Assembly (NCBI GenBank): GCA_045615205.1
Contig: JAZLEI010000021.1
Coordinates: 13,511 to 77,510, forward strand
Reading direction: 5' to 3'
Source: Acetatifactor sp.
Lineage (GTDB): Bacteria; Bacillota; Clostridia; Lachnospirales; Lachnospiraceae
Length of the DNA stretch: 64,000 bases
The notes under the pieces are model-generated. The model had not been told where the DNA came from and did not search any database. It was given only the letters and a program-made list of their open reading frames with translations. Each line of letters opens with the position of its first letter. Positions within the stretch are counted from its first letter, which is position 1. This document shows, piece by piece, positions 55,755 to 64,000 of the stretch. Both the position numbers and the translations under genes were made by a program.

Positions 55755-57392
55755 ATGGAAGGAACTCAAATTTTTACTTGTGTCCAGACTAATTCTGTAA
55801 GGAACCTGTTCAAAAAGGAAGAAGGAATGTTCCTGAAGGTAGAAGGAACTAAGATTTCCGGAAAAGGTAATATTTGTAATGCCGAAGGAAGAAATGGATA
55901 TCAGGATGAGTTTTCTTTTTCAATTCAGGAAATATCAGACATCAAGGAAGAAGATTATAATGGTGTGTCTGCATTGGCCTTTACCGCACAATTGAAAGGT
56001 TTGTATGGTAATAAGAAGGTAAAGATTTACATACCACAGCTGAAGCAACCTGCGGAAGCAATCAGTACCTTGAAGAAGTTGAAAGTAAGTGCCGGCGGAG
56101 AAGAGCCGAGTACACCTGCACCTACTAATCCGGTTCCGATTCCGGCAGTGGCACCTAAGGCGGCAGCACCTGCACCGAAGGAAGAAGCACCTGCACCGAA
56201 GGAAGAAGAGGCAACGAAGGAAGAAGCACCGAAAACCGTATATCGTCCGGTAGGAGAGGATTATCAGGGAGCACCTACACCAACACCTGTTGTAGAAAAA
56301 CCTGCACCGGAACCTGTTAAGGAACCCGAACCTGCACCTGTGCCGAAACCCGCACCGGTTGTGGAAGCACCTGCACCGGCAGTGGAAGAAGTTTCTGGTT
56401 CTGAAATGTCAGAGGAAGAATTCCAGAAGAGAATGGATAAGCTCAATGTATTAAAAGATTGTGGTTTGTTGGGAGAAAAGGAATTTACTGCTAAGAAGCT
56501 GGAATTGGTGAGCGAATACTTTGACTTGGGTGATTTTAACGAGCGTATCCAGAAGCTGATTGCGTTGAAGGATTGTGGTTTGTTGTCTGACAATGAGTTT
56601 GAACAGAATAGAATTGATGTAATCAAGGAATGTTGTGATTTGGATGTTCATGATATTCGTGAATATCGTCGTAATGTGCAGAAGTTGGCTTTCCTGGAAA
56701 TCGGTGAAGTAATTACTCCTGCAGAATATGCAAAGAGTAAGCAGAACTTAATCGATGATGTAGAGTTCAAGATTGAAGATGATAAGGAAGTATTCCAACG
56801 TAAATTGAAGAGATTGCCTGTATTGAAGGATTGTGCTTTGATTGAAGATGCTGAGTATGACAGCAAGGTGAGCGGTTTGGTGGAACTGCTTGAAGTGACC
56901 AAGAATGATTCCAGAGAATCCTTGGTGAATAAGCTTACCAAGTGGCCGTTGCTGGCACAGGAAAAATACATGACAGCTGATGAATTAAAGAACAAGCAGG
57001 ATGATTTAGTTGCTACCTATCTGGATGTTGTTTGGAAGACACCGGATGAGTTAAAGGCGATTATCAATCGTATGGGAGCACTGAGAGATGGTGAATGCTT
57101 GTCAGAAGCAGATTATCAGTCCCGACGTAGTACATTACTCCAGAATGTTGATGAAGTAGAAGAATATACCACCAGAATTGCTATGTACAAAATGCTTCCT
57201 CAGGTTGGATTTATTAGTAATGAGGAGTATGAGGCGTTGAAGCAGAAGTGTATTGATACAATATTTACTTCAAGTAATTCTGTAGCTGAGTTTAAGGAGA
57301 GAGCTAACCATTTGGTAGAACTCCATAAGGTTGGTATATTAACTACGGAAGAATTCAATGCATATAAGACCAAATTAATGAGTGAATTATAA
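55755..57392 (+). CDS. Protein with N-terminal globular domain, Pro/Ala/Glu-rich linker and eight tandem SHOCT-like repeats
   Basis: GAGAGGAGG RBS. Linker APAPKEEAPAPKEEE... Repeated modules of about 40 aa of the form hydrophobic-L(K/R)D-G-hydrophobic-(S/T)xxE(F/Y)xxxKxxL (e.g. LKDCGLLGEKEFTAKKLELV, LKDCGLLSDNEFEQNRIDVI, LHKVGILTTEEFNAYKTKLM). Confidence 0.7.
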   Translation: MEGTQIFTCVQTNSVRNLFKKEEGMFLKVEGTKISGKGNICNAEGRNGYQDEFSFSIQEISDIKEEDYNGVSALAFTAQLKGLYGNKKVKIYIPQLKQPAEAISTLKKLKVSAGGEEPSTPAPTNPVPIPAVAPKAAAPAPKEEAPAPKEEEATKEEAPKTVYRPVGEDYQGAPTPTPVVEKPAPEPVKEPEPAPVPKPAPVVEAPAPAVEEVSGSEMSEEEFQKRMDKLNVLKDCGLLGEKEFTAKKLELVSEYFDLGDFNERIQKLIALKDCGLLSDNEFEQNRIDVIKECCDLDVHDIREYRRNVQKLAFLEIGEVITPAEYAKSKQNLIDDVEFKIEDDKEVFQRKLKRLPVLKDCALIEDAEYDSKVSGLVELLEVTKNDSRESLVNKLTKWPLLAQEKYMTADELKNKQDDLVATYLDVVWKTPDELKAIINRMGALRDGECLSEADYQSRRSTLLQNVDEVEEYTTRIAMYKMLPQVGFISNEEYEALKQKCIDTIFTSSNSVAEFKERANHLVELHKVGILTTEEFNAYKTKLMSEL

Positions 57393-57438
57393 TTTGAGAG
57401 AATAAATGTGTTGTGAGCGACATTGGGAGGGAAGTATC

Positions 57439-59952
57439 ATGAAAGAATTGATGATAATGTATCATCCAGTGAAGAAGGAAATTCGCTTTTTAGCCAAGGT
57501 TAAGGGAGAGTTTATCGATGTTCCATATAAAATGTGTCCTAACCTTGTGAAGTATTCCCCTGAAAACGGAGAGTTTTTGTTGCAGAATCAGGGAAATCAG
57601 TTTTTTAATGATATATGGGAGCAGTTTTCCCGTGAAAAAATCAATCTGGTTTTCAAAGGAACCAAGGTTGACTATGAGGATTTTACGGAAAAGATAACAG
57701 AGTATAACAAGTCTGTAGGCGAGGATAGAATCCTAATTAAGGACTTTGTAGAGTTACCATCCGTAGATGAAATCTTTTCGCAGATTAATAAGTATTGTGA
57801 CGAGACGATTGCTCTTTTCGAAACAGAGCTTGAGGGTTCAGATGTTCAGGCGTTGTTCCAGAACCGTAAAGAAGAATTTGAAAAGAAGCGTAAGAAATTG
57901 AATTCCAGTGATATTAATTTATGTTTGGTTGGTACCTATAGTTCCGGTAAATCAACCTTTATCAATACCTTGATTGGTAAGAGAATTTTGCCGGAAAGTA
58001 TTAATTCCGAAACTGCCAAGATGTTCCGCATTCAGAATGATGAGGAACCTGCTGTATTGTTCAGTCTCAAGAAGAAAAATCTGAATGATAGTATTGAGGT
58101 GGCTATCATTTGGGATATTGAGAAGAAGCAGTTTGCTTTCACTTCAACTGGAAGCTGTGAGTATACCAGAAAACTTATTCAGAACGAAATTAATAATGCT
58201 TTGGTATTCCACTTGTTGCAGCATGAACAGTTGTATCAGATTTTGAAGTGTTTGAACAATGTACCGAATGTTCCTACGGAAGAGTGTGCGGAGTATATTG
58301 ATGGAATTATTGAAGTTCACTATCCGATACCTTTGGATCCGAATCTGAGCTTTACCTTTTATGATACACCGGGTACAGACAGTAACTCCAATGAGCATTT
58401 ATTGGTATTGCGTAAGGCATTGCATCAGCAGACCAACTCTATTTTGGTAATTCTTTATGAGCCTACCAAGATGGAAGGTACCGGTAACTCTATTCTTTAC
58501 AAGCTGATTAATTCTTCCAGAGAGAGTGCTGAAACAAAGGATAAGGTACATATTGACTTGAGCCGTTCTCTTCATATTATAAATCAGGCAGATACCAGAA
58601 GTCTTGCAGATTTGAATAATTTGCGTAACAAGAAGGTAGAGATTTCATTAAAGGAAACTGACAAGATTTATAATGAAGAAAACGAATATATTGATTTGTC
58701 AGAAGAAAGATTGTTTTTTGTATCTGCAAAGGCTGCATATATTGCAAAGGCTATTAAGAATAATGTGGATACAGAGGATGAGCGTTTGTGGTTGGCAAAC
58801 CATAGAAACGAAATCAATAATGTGCATGTAGAAGACCCATTGTTGTTAAAGAATGATAAGAGCGATATCGATACCGGTATGTTTTTCAAGCTTAACAAGA
58901 TGGCAAATGCAGATAATGAAACCAAGCAAATGCTTGCTGACTGTATGAAGGAACTGGAAAGCTGTGATGGCTCCGATGACAAGAGCTTAGCACCTATTTT
59001 ACATCGTATTTATGTAAATTCCGGTATGTATGCAGTAGAGCGTGAGATTATCAAATATGCACAGAAGTATGCCTTGGCAGTAAAAGCAAAGGGCTTATAC
59101 GATGGTATTTCCAGCGTCGTGAATTTTATTCGTGATGATTATGAAGCTATCGAAGCACAGGCATCCCTGTCAAAGCAACAGATTTCAGATAATATTGCTA
59201 CCATGAAGACCACTATGGTACAGGATATTGAGGCAGCATATGCCAGATATTTGTTTGAACTGGAGCCGGAAAACCTGGTGAATAAATTCGCAGAAGTAGA
59301 TGCACTGAAATCTATCGTTGACAGCCGTAAGGAACAGGCTGAGAAGATTGCAGATAAGATGAAGTGGATTGCTATTCGTCCGGAAGTATTCGAAGAGAAA
59401 AACAATATCATTTGTAATGAATTGAATCGTTTCTTATTAGAGATCGATGATTATTATAAGGAAGTCAGAGAGAGAATTCTGAAGCAGCAGATTGAAGAAT
59501 TGAGAGGTCTGTTGGTGAAGAAGATTACCGGGTACAAGGGAATTGACGAAGGTTTGGTTCGCAGAATCGCCAACGTATCAGATACCCAGGTACCACCATC
59601 TACCTTGGAAGCAATGAAGATGGATGAATACATTAACAAGCAGAAGGCAATCTTTATCTTCTCTACAAATGATAAGAAGTCATATAAGAATGATATTTGT
59701 GAGACTTTTGATAATACTACTAAACTGCAGTATGAATCCTATGTTGCTGAGATTATCGAGGTGGCAAGAACAAAGACCGCAGAGTTGATTCGGGAATTCA
59801 AGGAAAACATTGATATGATATCCAGCAATTTGGAATACCTTATTAATGATGAGAAGGAAGCAATTTCCAGACAGGCAAAAGCAAAGGCTGTATTGGATTT
59901 GGTAGAAAAGAGAGACAGGGAACTGAATCAGAAGATTTGGGGCAATATTTAA
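57439..59952 (+). CDS. Dynamin-family GTPase (bacterial dynamin-like protein)
   Basis: G1 GTYSSGKST, G3 DTPG, G4-like NQAD, then a long helical stalk-type C-terminus. About 165 aa precede the G domain. ATG 57439 follows GGGAGGG. Confidence 0.8.
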   Translation: MKELMIMYHPVKKEIRFLAKVKGEFIDVPYKMCPNLVKYSPENGEFLLQNQGNQFFNDIWEQFSREKINLVFKGTKVDYEDFTEKITEYNKSVGEDRILIKDFVELPSVDEIFSQINKYCDETIALFETELEGSDVQALFQNRKEEFEKKRKKLNSSDINLCLVGTYSSGKSTFINTLIGKRILPESINSETAKMFRIQNDEEPAVLFSLKKKNLNDSIEVAIIWDIEKKQFAFTSTGSCEYTRKLIQNEINNALVFHLLQHEQLYQILKCLNNVPNVPTEECAEYIDGIIEVHYPIPLDPNLSFTFYDTPGTDSNSNEHLLVLRKALHQQTNSILVILYEPTKMEGTGNSILYKLINSSRESAETKDKVHIDLSRSLHIINQADTRSLADLNNLRNKKVEISLKETDKIYNEENEYIDLSEERLFFVSAKAAYIAKAIKNNVDTEDERLWLANHRNEINNVHVEDPLLLKNDKSDIDTGMFFKLNKMANADNETKQMLADCMKELESCDGSDDKSLAPILHRIYVNSGMYAVEREIIKYAQKYALAVKAKGLYDGISSVVNFIRDDYEAIEAQASLSKQQISDNIATMKTTMVQDIEAAYARYLFELEPENLVNKFAEVDALKSIVDSRKEQAEKIADKMKWIAIRPEVFEEKNNIICNELNRFLLEIDDYYKEVRERILKQQIEELRGLLVKKITGYKGIDEGLVRRIANVSDTQVPPSTLEAMKMDEYINKQKAIFIFSTNDKKSYKNDICETFDNTTKLQYESYVAEIIEVARTKTAELIREFKENIDMISSNLEYLINDEKEAISRQAKAKAVLDLVEKRDRELNQKIWGNI

Positions 59953-59957
59953 AAATG

Positions 59958-59993
59958 AGCGTTGTTCTATAGTGATATGGAACAACGCTTTTT
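59958..59993 (+). terminator. Intrinsic terminator after the dynamin-like gene
   Basis: 10-bp perfect stem AGCGTTGTTC / GAACAACGCT followed by TTTT. Confidence 0.8.
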
Positions 59994-60063
59994 ATCTATC
60001 AAGGCTTTACCATTGAATAGATAGTATAATATAGCATAAATAAAGATAGGAGAAGGAACAGCA

Positions 60064-61023
60064 ATGATAACTACACCTTGTGATAAAAACGCAATACCGG
60101 AAGTACATCGGGTATTAGAATACTTAAACAGTATAGAAGGAAAGGCAATTATTACCGGACAGCATACCCAGTCCATGGGAATGGAAGAGGTGGAATGCAT
60201 TTTTCGGGAAACCGGGAAACTCCCGGCACTTTGTGGCTTTGAGCTATTAGCCTATTCCCCTAATATTAATTGGGTGGATGCTGATGCGGAATGTTTAACG
60301 GAAATAAAGGAAGCCTCAGGTACTTTGGCAAAAGCCTATGAATGGGCAGAGAAAAAGGGGCTGATTACATTAACCTGGCATTGGTTTTCCCCCTTGGGTG
60401 GCAGAGATAAATCCTTTTATACAGAAAGGACTGATTTCGATGCAGAGAAGGCTTTGTGCGAAGGAACATTAGAACATTTCGCTATGTGCCATGATTTGGA
60501 TATTATGGCAGAATTGCTTCGCGGTTTTCAGGAAAAACAGATTCCCATATTGTGGAGACCATTTCATGAGGCAGAAGGGCAGTGGTTTTGGTGGGGAGCA
60601 AAGGGAGCAGATGTGGCCAGACGCCTGTATCGCTTCATGTTCCATTACTTCACAGAAAAGCATCAGCTGCATAATTTGATTTGGGTGTGGAATTCCCCCT
60701 TGGAGGAAGGCTATGTGGGAGACGCGTACTGTGATATTATCACCAGAGACATGTATCCACCGGCACATGAGCATAGTGATTTCGCAGAAAAGTGGGAAGA
60801 GCTGACTAAGCTTACTCCTACCAAGAAAGGAATTGCCATAGGGGAAATTGGCGTGATACCATCCGGAGATGCTTTGGCGGAAGCCAAGGTGCCATGGCTT
60901 TGGTATATGACCTGGAGTCACGATTTTTGCCTGACAGAACGCTTTAATACTTGGGAAGAACTGAAAAAACTCTATGATCATCCATGGACAGTGACCTTGG
61001 ATACATTACCGGAATTATATTAA
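60064..61023 (+). CDS. Glycoside hydrolase family 26 (beta-mannanase-like), no signal peptide
   Basis: GH26-type blocks TLTWHWFSP and LWRPFHEAEGQWFWWG. Confidence 0.8.
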   Translation: MITTPCDKNAIPEVHRVLEYLNSIEGKAIITGQHTQSMGMEEVECIFRETGKLPALCGFELLAYSPNINWVDADAECLTEIKEASGTLAKAYEWAEKKGLITLTWHWFSPLGGRDKSFYTERTDFDAEKALCEGTLEHFAMCHDLDIMAELLRGFQEKQIPILWRPFHEAEGQWFWWGAKGADVARRLYRFMFHYFTEKHQLHNLIWVWNSPLEEGYVGDAYCDIITRDMYPPAHEHSDFAEKWEELTKLTPTKKGIAIGEIGVIPSGDALAEAKVPWLWYMTWSHDFCLTERFNTWEELKKLYDHPWTVTLDTLPELY

Positions 61024-61203
61024 GAATAAATGAATCACCCTTCTGCGTAAGGATATGTCTGTCGAAAGGATAGGTTGCATATCAAAAATGTGGGAGGGTG
61101 ATATTTTGTATAGTTGTTATTATTTGTGGTTTGTGTTAAAATAAATCCAAATGCAATGATTTTGAAGTGAAATGATAAAATACTGTTTGGAAGGATAATT
61201 GCC

Positions 61204-62775
61204 ATGAGATTGAGCGAATTGCTAAAGTTTAATGAAATTGTTATTCAGTGCCATGATAATCCGGATGCAGATGCTTTGGCCAGTGGATATGCCCTGTATA
61301 CTTATCTCGAAAGTAAGGGAAAGAAGGTTTCTCTTATATATGGTGGTAAGAACAGAATCCGAAAGAGTAACCTGGTGATTATGATTCAGGAATTGAAGAT
61401 ACCGGTGAAGTATTGTGAACGCATGCAGGCTCCGGAACTGTTGGTCACGGTGGATTGTCGTTATGGAGAGAGCAATGTAGAACGTTTCCCTGCCAGAGAT
61501 ATCGCAGTATTTGATCATCACAGAATAACAGGTCCTTTACCGCCTTTGGCTGATGTACGAAGCAATCTGGGTTCCTGTTCTACTCTGATGTGGCAGCTTT
61601 TAAAGGATGAGGGATATGATGTAAATTCCAATAAAAAGCTTGCTACCGCTTTGTATTATGGTTTGTATACGGATACCAACGAATTGACAGAAATCTCGCA
61701 TCCATTGGATATGGACCTTCGTGATGAGGCGGAATTCAATGCTACGCTGATAACCAGATTGCGTAATGCCAACTTGTCCTTGGAAGAGTTGGAAGTAGCT
61801 GGAGCTGCTTTACTTCGAAGTGATTATAACGATGACTATCGTTTTGCAGTGGTGAAGGCTGGCGAATGTGACCCGAATATTCTGGGTATCATCAGTGATT
61901 TGGTATTGGCGGTAGATTCCGTAGATACTTGTATGGTGTTTAATATTGTGAATGAGGATGTGAAAATATCTGTCAGAAGCTGCATTCGAGAGGTAAAGGC
62001 AAGTGAACTGGCTGCTGCGATTTGTGAAGGAGTTGGTGGTGGCGGAGGCCATTTTGTAAAGGCCGGAGGCAGAATCAAGATGGAACTCCTTACCAGGGAG
62101 TATATTAAATATTGTGAGAAATATCAGATAGCACCACGTTTGGAGCCTATTGATGATGGTACTACCATGCGCCCGTCTTCCTCAGGAGTAAAATTTTTCC
62201 TGGAAATGCGTATACGAGAGTATATGGATAACACCGATATTATCGATGTGGATGATTTGTTGATGGATGAGAGTAACATGAAGGATTATCTGTTGAAGCC
62301 GATCCCAATCGGATATGTTTTGTTGGATGAAGTGTTCCCTATTCATACCAAGGTGGTTATTCGTACCATACGGGGAGACTTGGAAATGGTAGTAGAAGAT
62401 GGTATGGTTCTTTATGTAGGCTTACAGAGTGAGATTTATGTGTCCAATTATGCTGAATTTGAGGAAAATTATCAGATACTGGAAGAGCCGTTCCGTTTGG
62501 AAATGACAGATTATATGCCGACTATCAAGACGGTGTCCGATGGAAGGGTATTGCAGTTGATGGATTATGCCGGAACTTGTATTTGTGAGAAGCCTATTTA
62601 TGTAAAGGCCAAATGTCTGGAGCGAAAGACCAAGCTCTTTACACAGTGGAATGATGAAAACTATATGACCGGTAAAGTAGGAGATTATTTGACGGTAAGA
62701 GGAGAAAAGGATGATGTCCTGACCATTATTGATGGGGAATTGTTTACCGGATATTATTGTGATATAAAGGAATAA
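61204..62775 (+). CDS. DHH-family phosphoesterase with uncharacterised C-terminal extension
   Basis: DHH motifs CHDNPDADALAS and VFDHH, DHHA1-like GGGGGH. About 190 additional C-terminal residues have no recognised motif. Confidence 0.75.
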   Translation: MRLSELLKFNEIVIQCHDNPDADALASGYALYTYLESKGKKVSLIYGGKNRIRKSNLVIMIQELKIPVKYCERMQAPELLVTVDCRYGESNVERFPARDIAVFDHHRITGPLPPLADVRSNLGSCSTLMWQLLKDEGYDVNSNKKLATALYYGLYTDTNELTEISHPLDMDLRDEAEFNATLITRLRNANLSLEELEVAGAALLRSDYNDDYRFAVVKAGECDPNILGIISDLVLAVDSVDTCMVFNIVNEDVKISVRSCIREVKASELAAAICEGVGGGGGHFVKAGGRIKMELLTREYIKYCEKYQIAPRLEPIDDGTTMRPSSSGVKFFLEMRIREYMDNTDIIDVDDLLMDESNMKDYLLKPIPIGYVLLDEVFPIHTKVVIRTIRGDLEMVVEDGMVLYVGLQSEIYVSNYAEFEENYQILEEPFRLEMTDYMPTIKTVSDGRVLQLMDYAGTCICEKPIYVKAKCLERKTKLFTQWNDENYMTGKVGDYLTVRGEKDDVLTIIDGELFTGYYCDIKE

Positions 62776-62783
62776 GAATTGGA

Positions 62784-63530
62784 ATGGCAGCAAAGAAAAC
62801 GAAAAAGATATACGCAGTAAAAACAGGATTGAAGACGGGACTTTTCACCACCTGGGAGGAGTGCAAAGCGGCAGTAGGCGGATACCCAAAGGCCGAATAC
62901 AAAGGATTTGAAAAGAAAAGTGATGCTTACGAGTATCTGGGTTTTTTAGAGGAAGCACAGGCGGAAAGAGCTGTAGAAGGACTGACTGAAACCGCAGAGT
63001 TAGAGGATGGCTGTGAGGTTTGTCCTCCGGTGGAAAATCCTACAGACGAGGAAATGGTGATTGCCTATGTGGATGGAAGCTATGAGCATTCTGTTCAAAA
63101 GTATGCTTTTGGCTGTGTGTTCTTGTTGCCGGGAGGAAAAGTGCTGACGGAGAACGGAAGCGGAAATAATCCGGACACTGCGAAGCTTCGAAATGTGAGC
63201 GGCGAGATGCTGGGAGCTATGTTCGCGGTACAGTTTGCCATGAAGAACGGTTATAAAAAGCTGGAAATCCGCTATGATTATGAAGGTGTGGAAAAGTGGG
63301 TAACCGGAGCATGGAAGAGCAAAACAGAGCTGACACAGAAGTATGCCCAGTCTATGCGTGGCTGGGGAACCAGAGTACAGCTTACCTTTACGAAAGTAAC
63401 TGCACATGCGAATGTTTATTACAATGAAATGGCAGACCGGTTGGCGAAGGCAGCATTGGTGGAGAAGGATGGCATACCGCCGGTACGGACCATAGAAGAA
63501 ATGGAGGCACTCCGTGACAAGACTGAATAA
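62784..63530 (+). CDS. rnhA: Ribonuclease H1 with N-terminal hybrid-binding (viroplasmin-like) domain
   Basis: N-terminal KIYAVKTGLKTGLFTTWEECKAAVGGYPKAEYKGFEKKSDAYEYL. RNase H core has AYVDGSY, GEMLGA and NEMADRLAK. Confidence 0.85.
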   Translation: MAAKKTKKIYAVKTGLKTGLFTTWEECKAAVGGYPKAEYKGFEKKSDAYEYLGFLEEAQAERAVEGLTETAELEDGCEVCPPVENPTDEEMVIAYVDGSYEHSVQKYAFGCVFLLPGGKVLTENGSGNNPDTAKLRNVSGEMLGAMFAVQFAMKNGYKKLEIRYDYEGVEKWVTGAWKSKTELTQKYAQSMRGWGTRVQLTFTKVTAHANVYYNEMADRLAKAALVEKDGIPPVRTIEEMEALRDKTE

Positions 63531-64000
63531 GTATTTAGCAGATTGTGGTGTTTGTTCCAGAAGAGAAGCGGATAAGCTGATAGAAGCCGGTAAGGTAACC
63601 GTAAACGGAGTGGTAGCCGGTATGGGGTGTCAGGTGGCGGAAACAGATACGGTGCAAGTGAATGGCAAGACTTTGCAGGGAAAAGCAAAAAGCGTCGTAT
63701 TGGCTTTTTATAAGCCGGTAGGTGTGACTTGTACTCAAAAGGATAAGCATGCGGAAAAAATCATAAATGATTATGTGAAGTATCCGGTGAGAGTGACCTA
63801 TGCAGGCCGGTTGGATAAGGATTCGGAAGGTCTGCTGTTACTGACCAATGACGGAACCCTCATAGATGCCATGATGCGAGGTGCCAATGGTCATGAAAAA
63901 GAATATGTGGTAAAGGTGAACAAGGAGATTACCAAGGAGTTCTTAAAACAGATGGCAGGCGGACTGTATTTGGAGGAACTGAAGGCAAAAACCAGACCCT
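63514..64000 (+). CDS. RsuA/RluB/RluF-family pseudouridine synthase (3' end outside window)
   Basis: GTG 63514. S4 domain (RLNKYLADCGVCSRREADKLIEAGKVTVNG) and catalytic motif AGRLDKDSEGLLLLTNDG. The ORF runs off the window and is not in the track. Confidence 0.8.
   Translation, partial: MTRLNKYLADCGVCSRREADKLIEAGKVTVNGVVAGMGCQVAETDTVQVNGKTLQGKAKSVVLAFYKPVGVTCTQKDKHAEKIINDYVKYPVRVTYAGRLDKDSEGLLLLTNDGTLIDAMMRGANGHEKEYVVKVNKEITKEFLKQMAGGLYLEELKAKTRP

Noticed and set aside
56097-56400. Short tandem repeats (a 21-nt unit at 56166-56207 and APAP/PEP periodicity) as a possible CRISPR-like or VNTR array
   Set aside because: They lie inside an intact reading frame and encode a Pro/Ala/Glu-rich linker. 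There is no repeat-spacer organisation.
61034-61109. Long-range inverted repeat ATCACCCT ... AGGGTGAT with nested GATATG/CATATC pairing downstream of GH26, considered as a riboswitch or ncRNA
   Set aside because: It is followed by ATTTTGT and sits right after a stop codon. A compound terminator is the simplest explanation, and no known motif was recognised.

Overview
This 64-kb window appears to be chromosomal DNA from an endospore-forming Firmicute (Clostridia/Lachnospiraceae-like gene order and codon style; that placement is inference). Almost every gene is on the + strand. All product calls rest on motifs I recognised by eye in the supplied translations; no homology search was run.

Gene content, in order:
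- 1-4.7 kb: a PhoU-domain gene (5' end outside the window), a PhoB/PhoR-like two-component pair, a CNNM/TlyC-type protein and a small membrane protein.
- 4.7-6.4 kb: a SCIFF six-cysteine peptide (47 aa, absent from the ORF track) and its radical-SAM maturase.
- 6.4-26.4 kb: secDF, recJ, a PfkB-family kinase, murE, priA, def, fmt, a Zn-peptidase, rsmB, rlmN, a PP2C phosphatase, a PASTA kinase, rsgA, ychF and lgt.
- 26.6-40.3 kb: a dcw/sporulation cluster (mraZ, rsmH, ftsL-like, two class B PBPs, murD, ftsW/spoVE, murA, ftsQ, ftsZ, spoIIGA, sigE).
- 46.1-55.4 kb: sigG (inverted), ylmC/ymxH, nrdR, yqeG, aroE, an aroK-aroQ fusion, efp, tRNA-Arg(CCG), an SH3b protein and gdhA.
- 60.1-64.0 kb: a GH26 hydrolase, a DHH phosphoesterase, RNase H1 and a pseudouridine synthase (3' end outside the window).

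Two regions stand out as possibly undescribed systems:
1. A ~4.9-kb orphan island (about 41.3-46.1 kb) sits between sigE and an inverted sigG. It carries two divergent ribbon-helix-helix regulators with near-consensus back-to-back promoters and a perfect palindromic operator. It also has an operon of four small proteins: one of the two RHH regulators (53 aa), two paralogous Cys-rich proteins (93 and 58 aa), and a 69-aa protein; the 93- and 69-aa proteins end in a single TM helix. Two large proteins (437 and 529 aa) have no motif I can recognise. The second ends at an in-frame TAG followed by 62 further open codons.
2. A two-gene operon (55.7-60.0 kb) encodes a protein with eight tandem SHOCT-like repeats and a dynamin-family GTPase.

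Smaller observations are listed under findings: a multi-stem structured element upstream of def-fmt, a candidate C-rich sRNA after the PfkB gene, a 13-bp inverted repeat clamping the tRNA, a phased MraZ-box array, and a spoIIG-type long-spacer promoter.

I saw no rRNA, CRISPR array, IS element, transposase or integrase.
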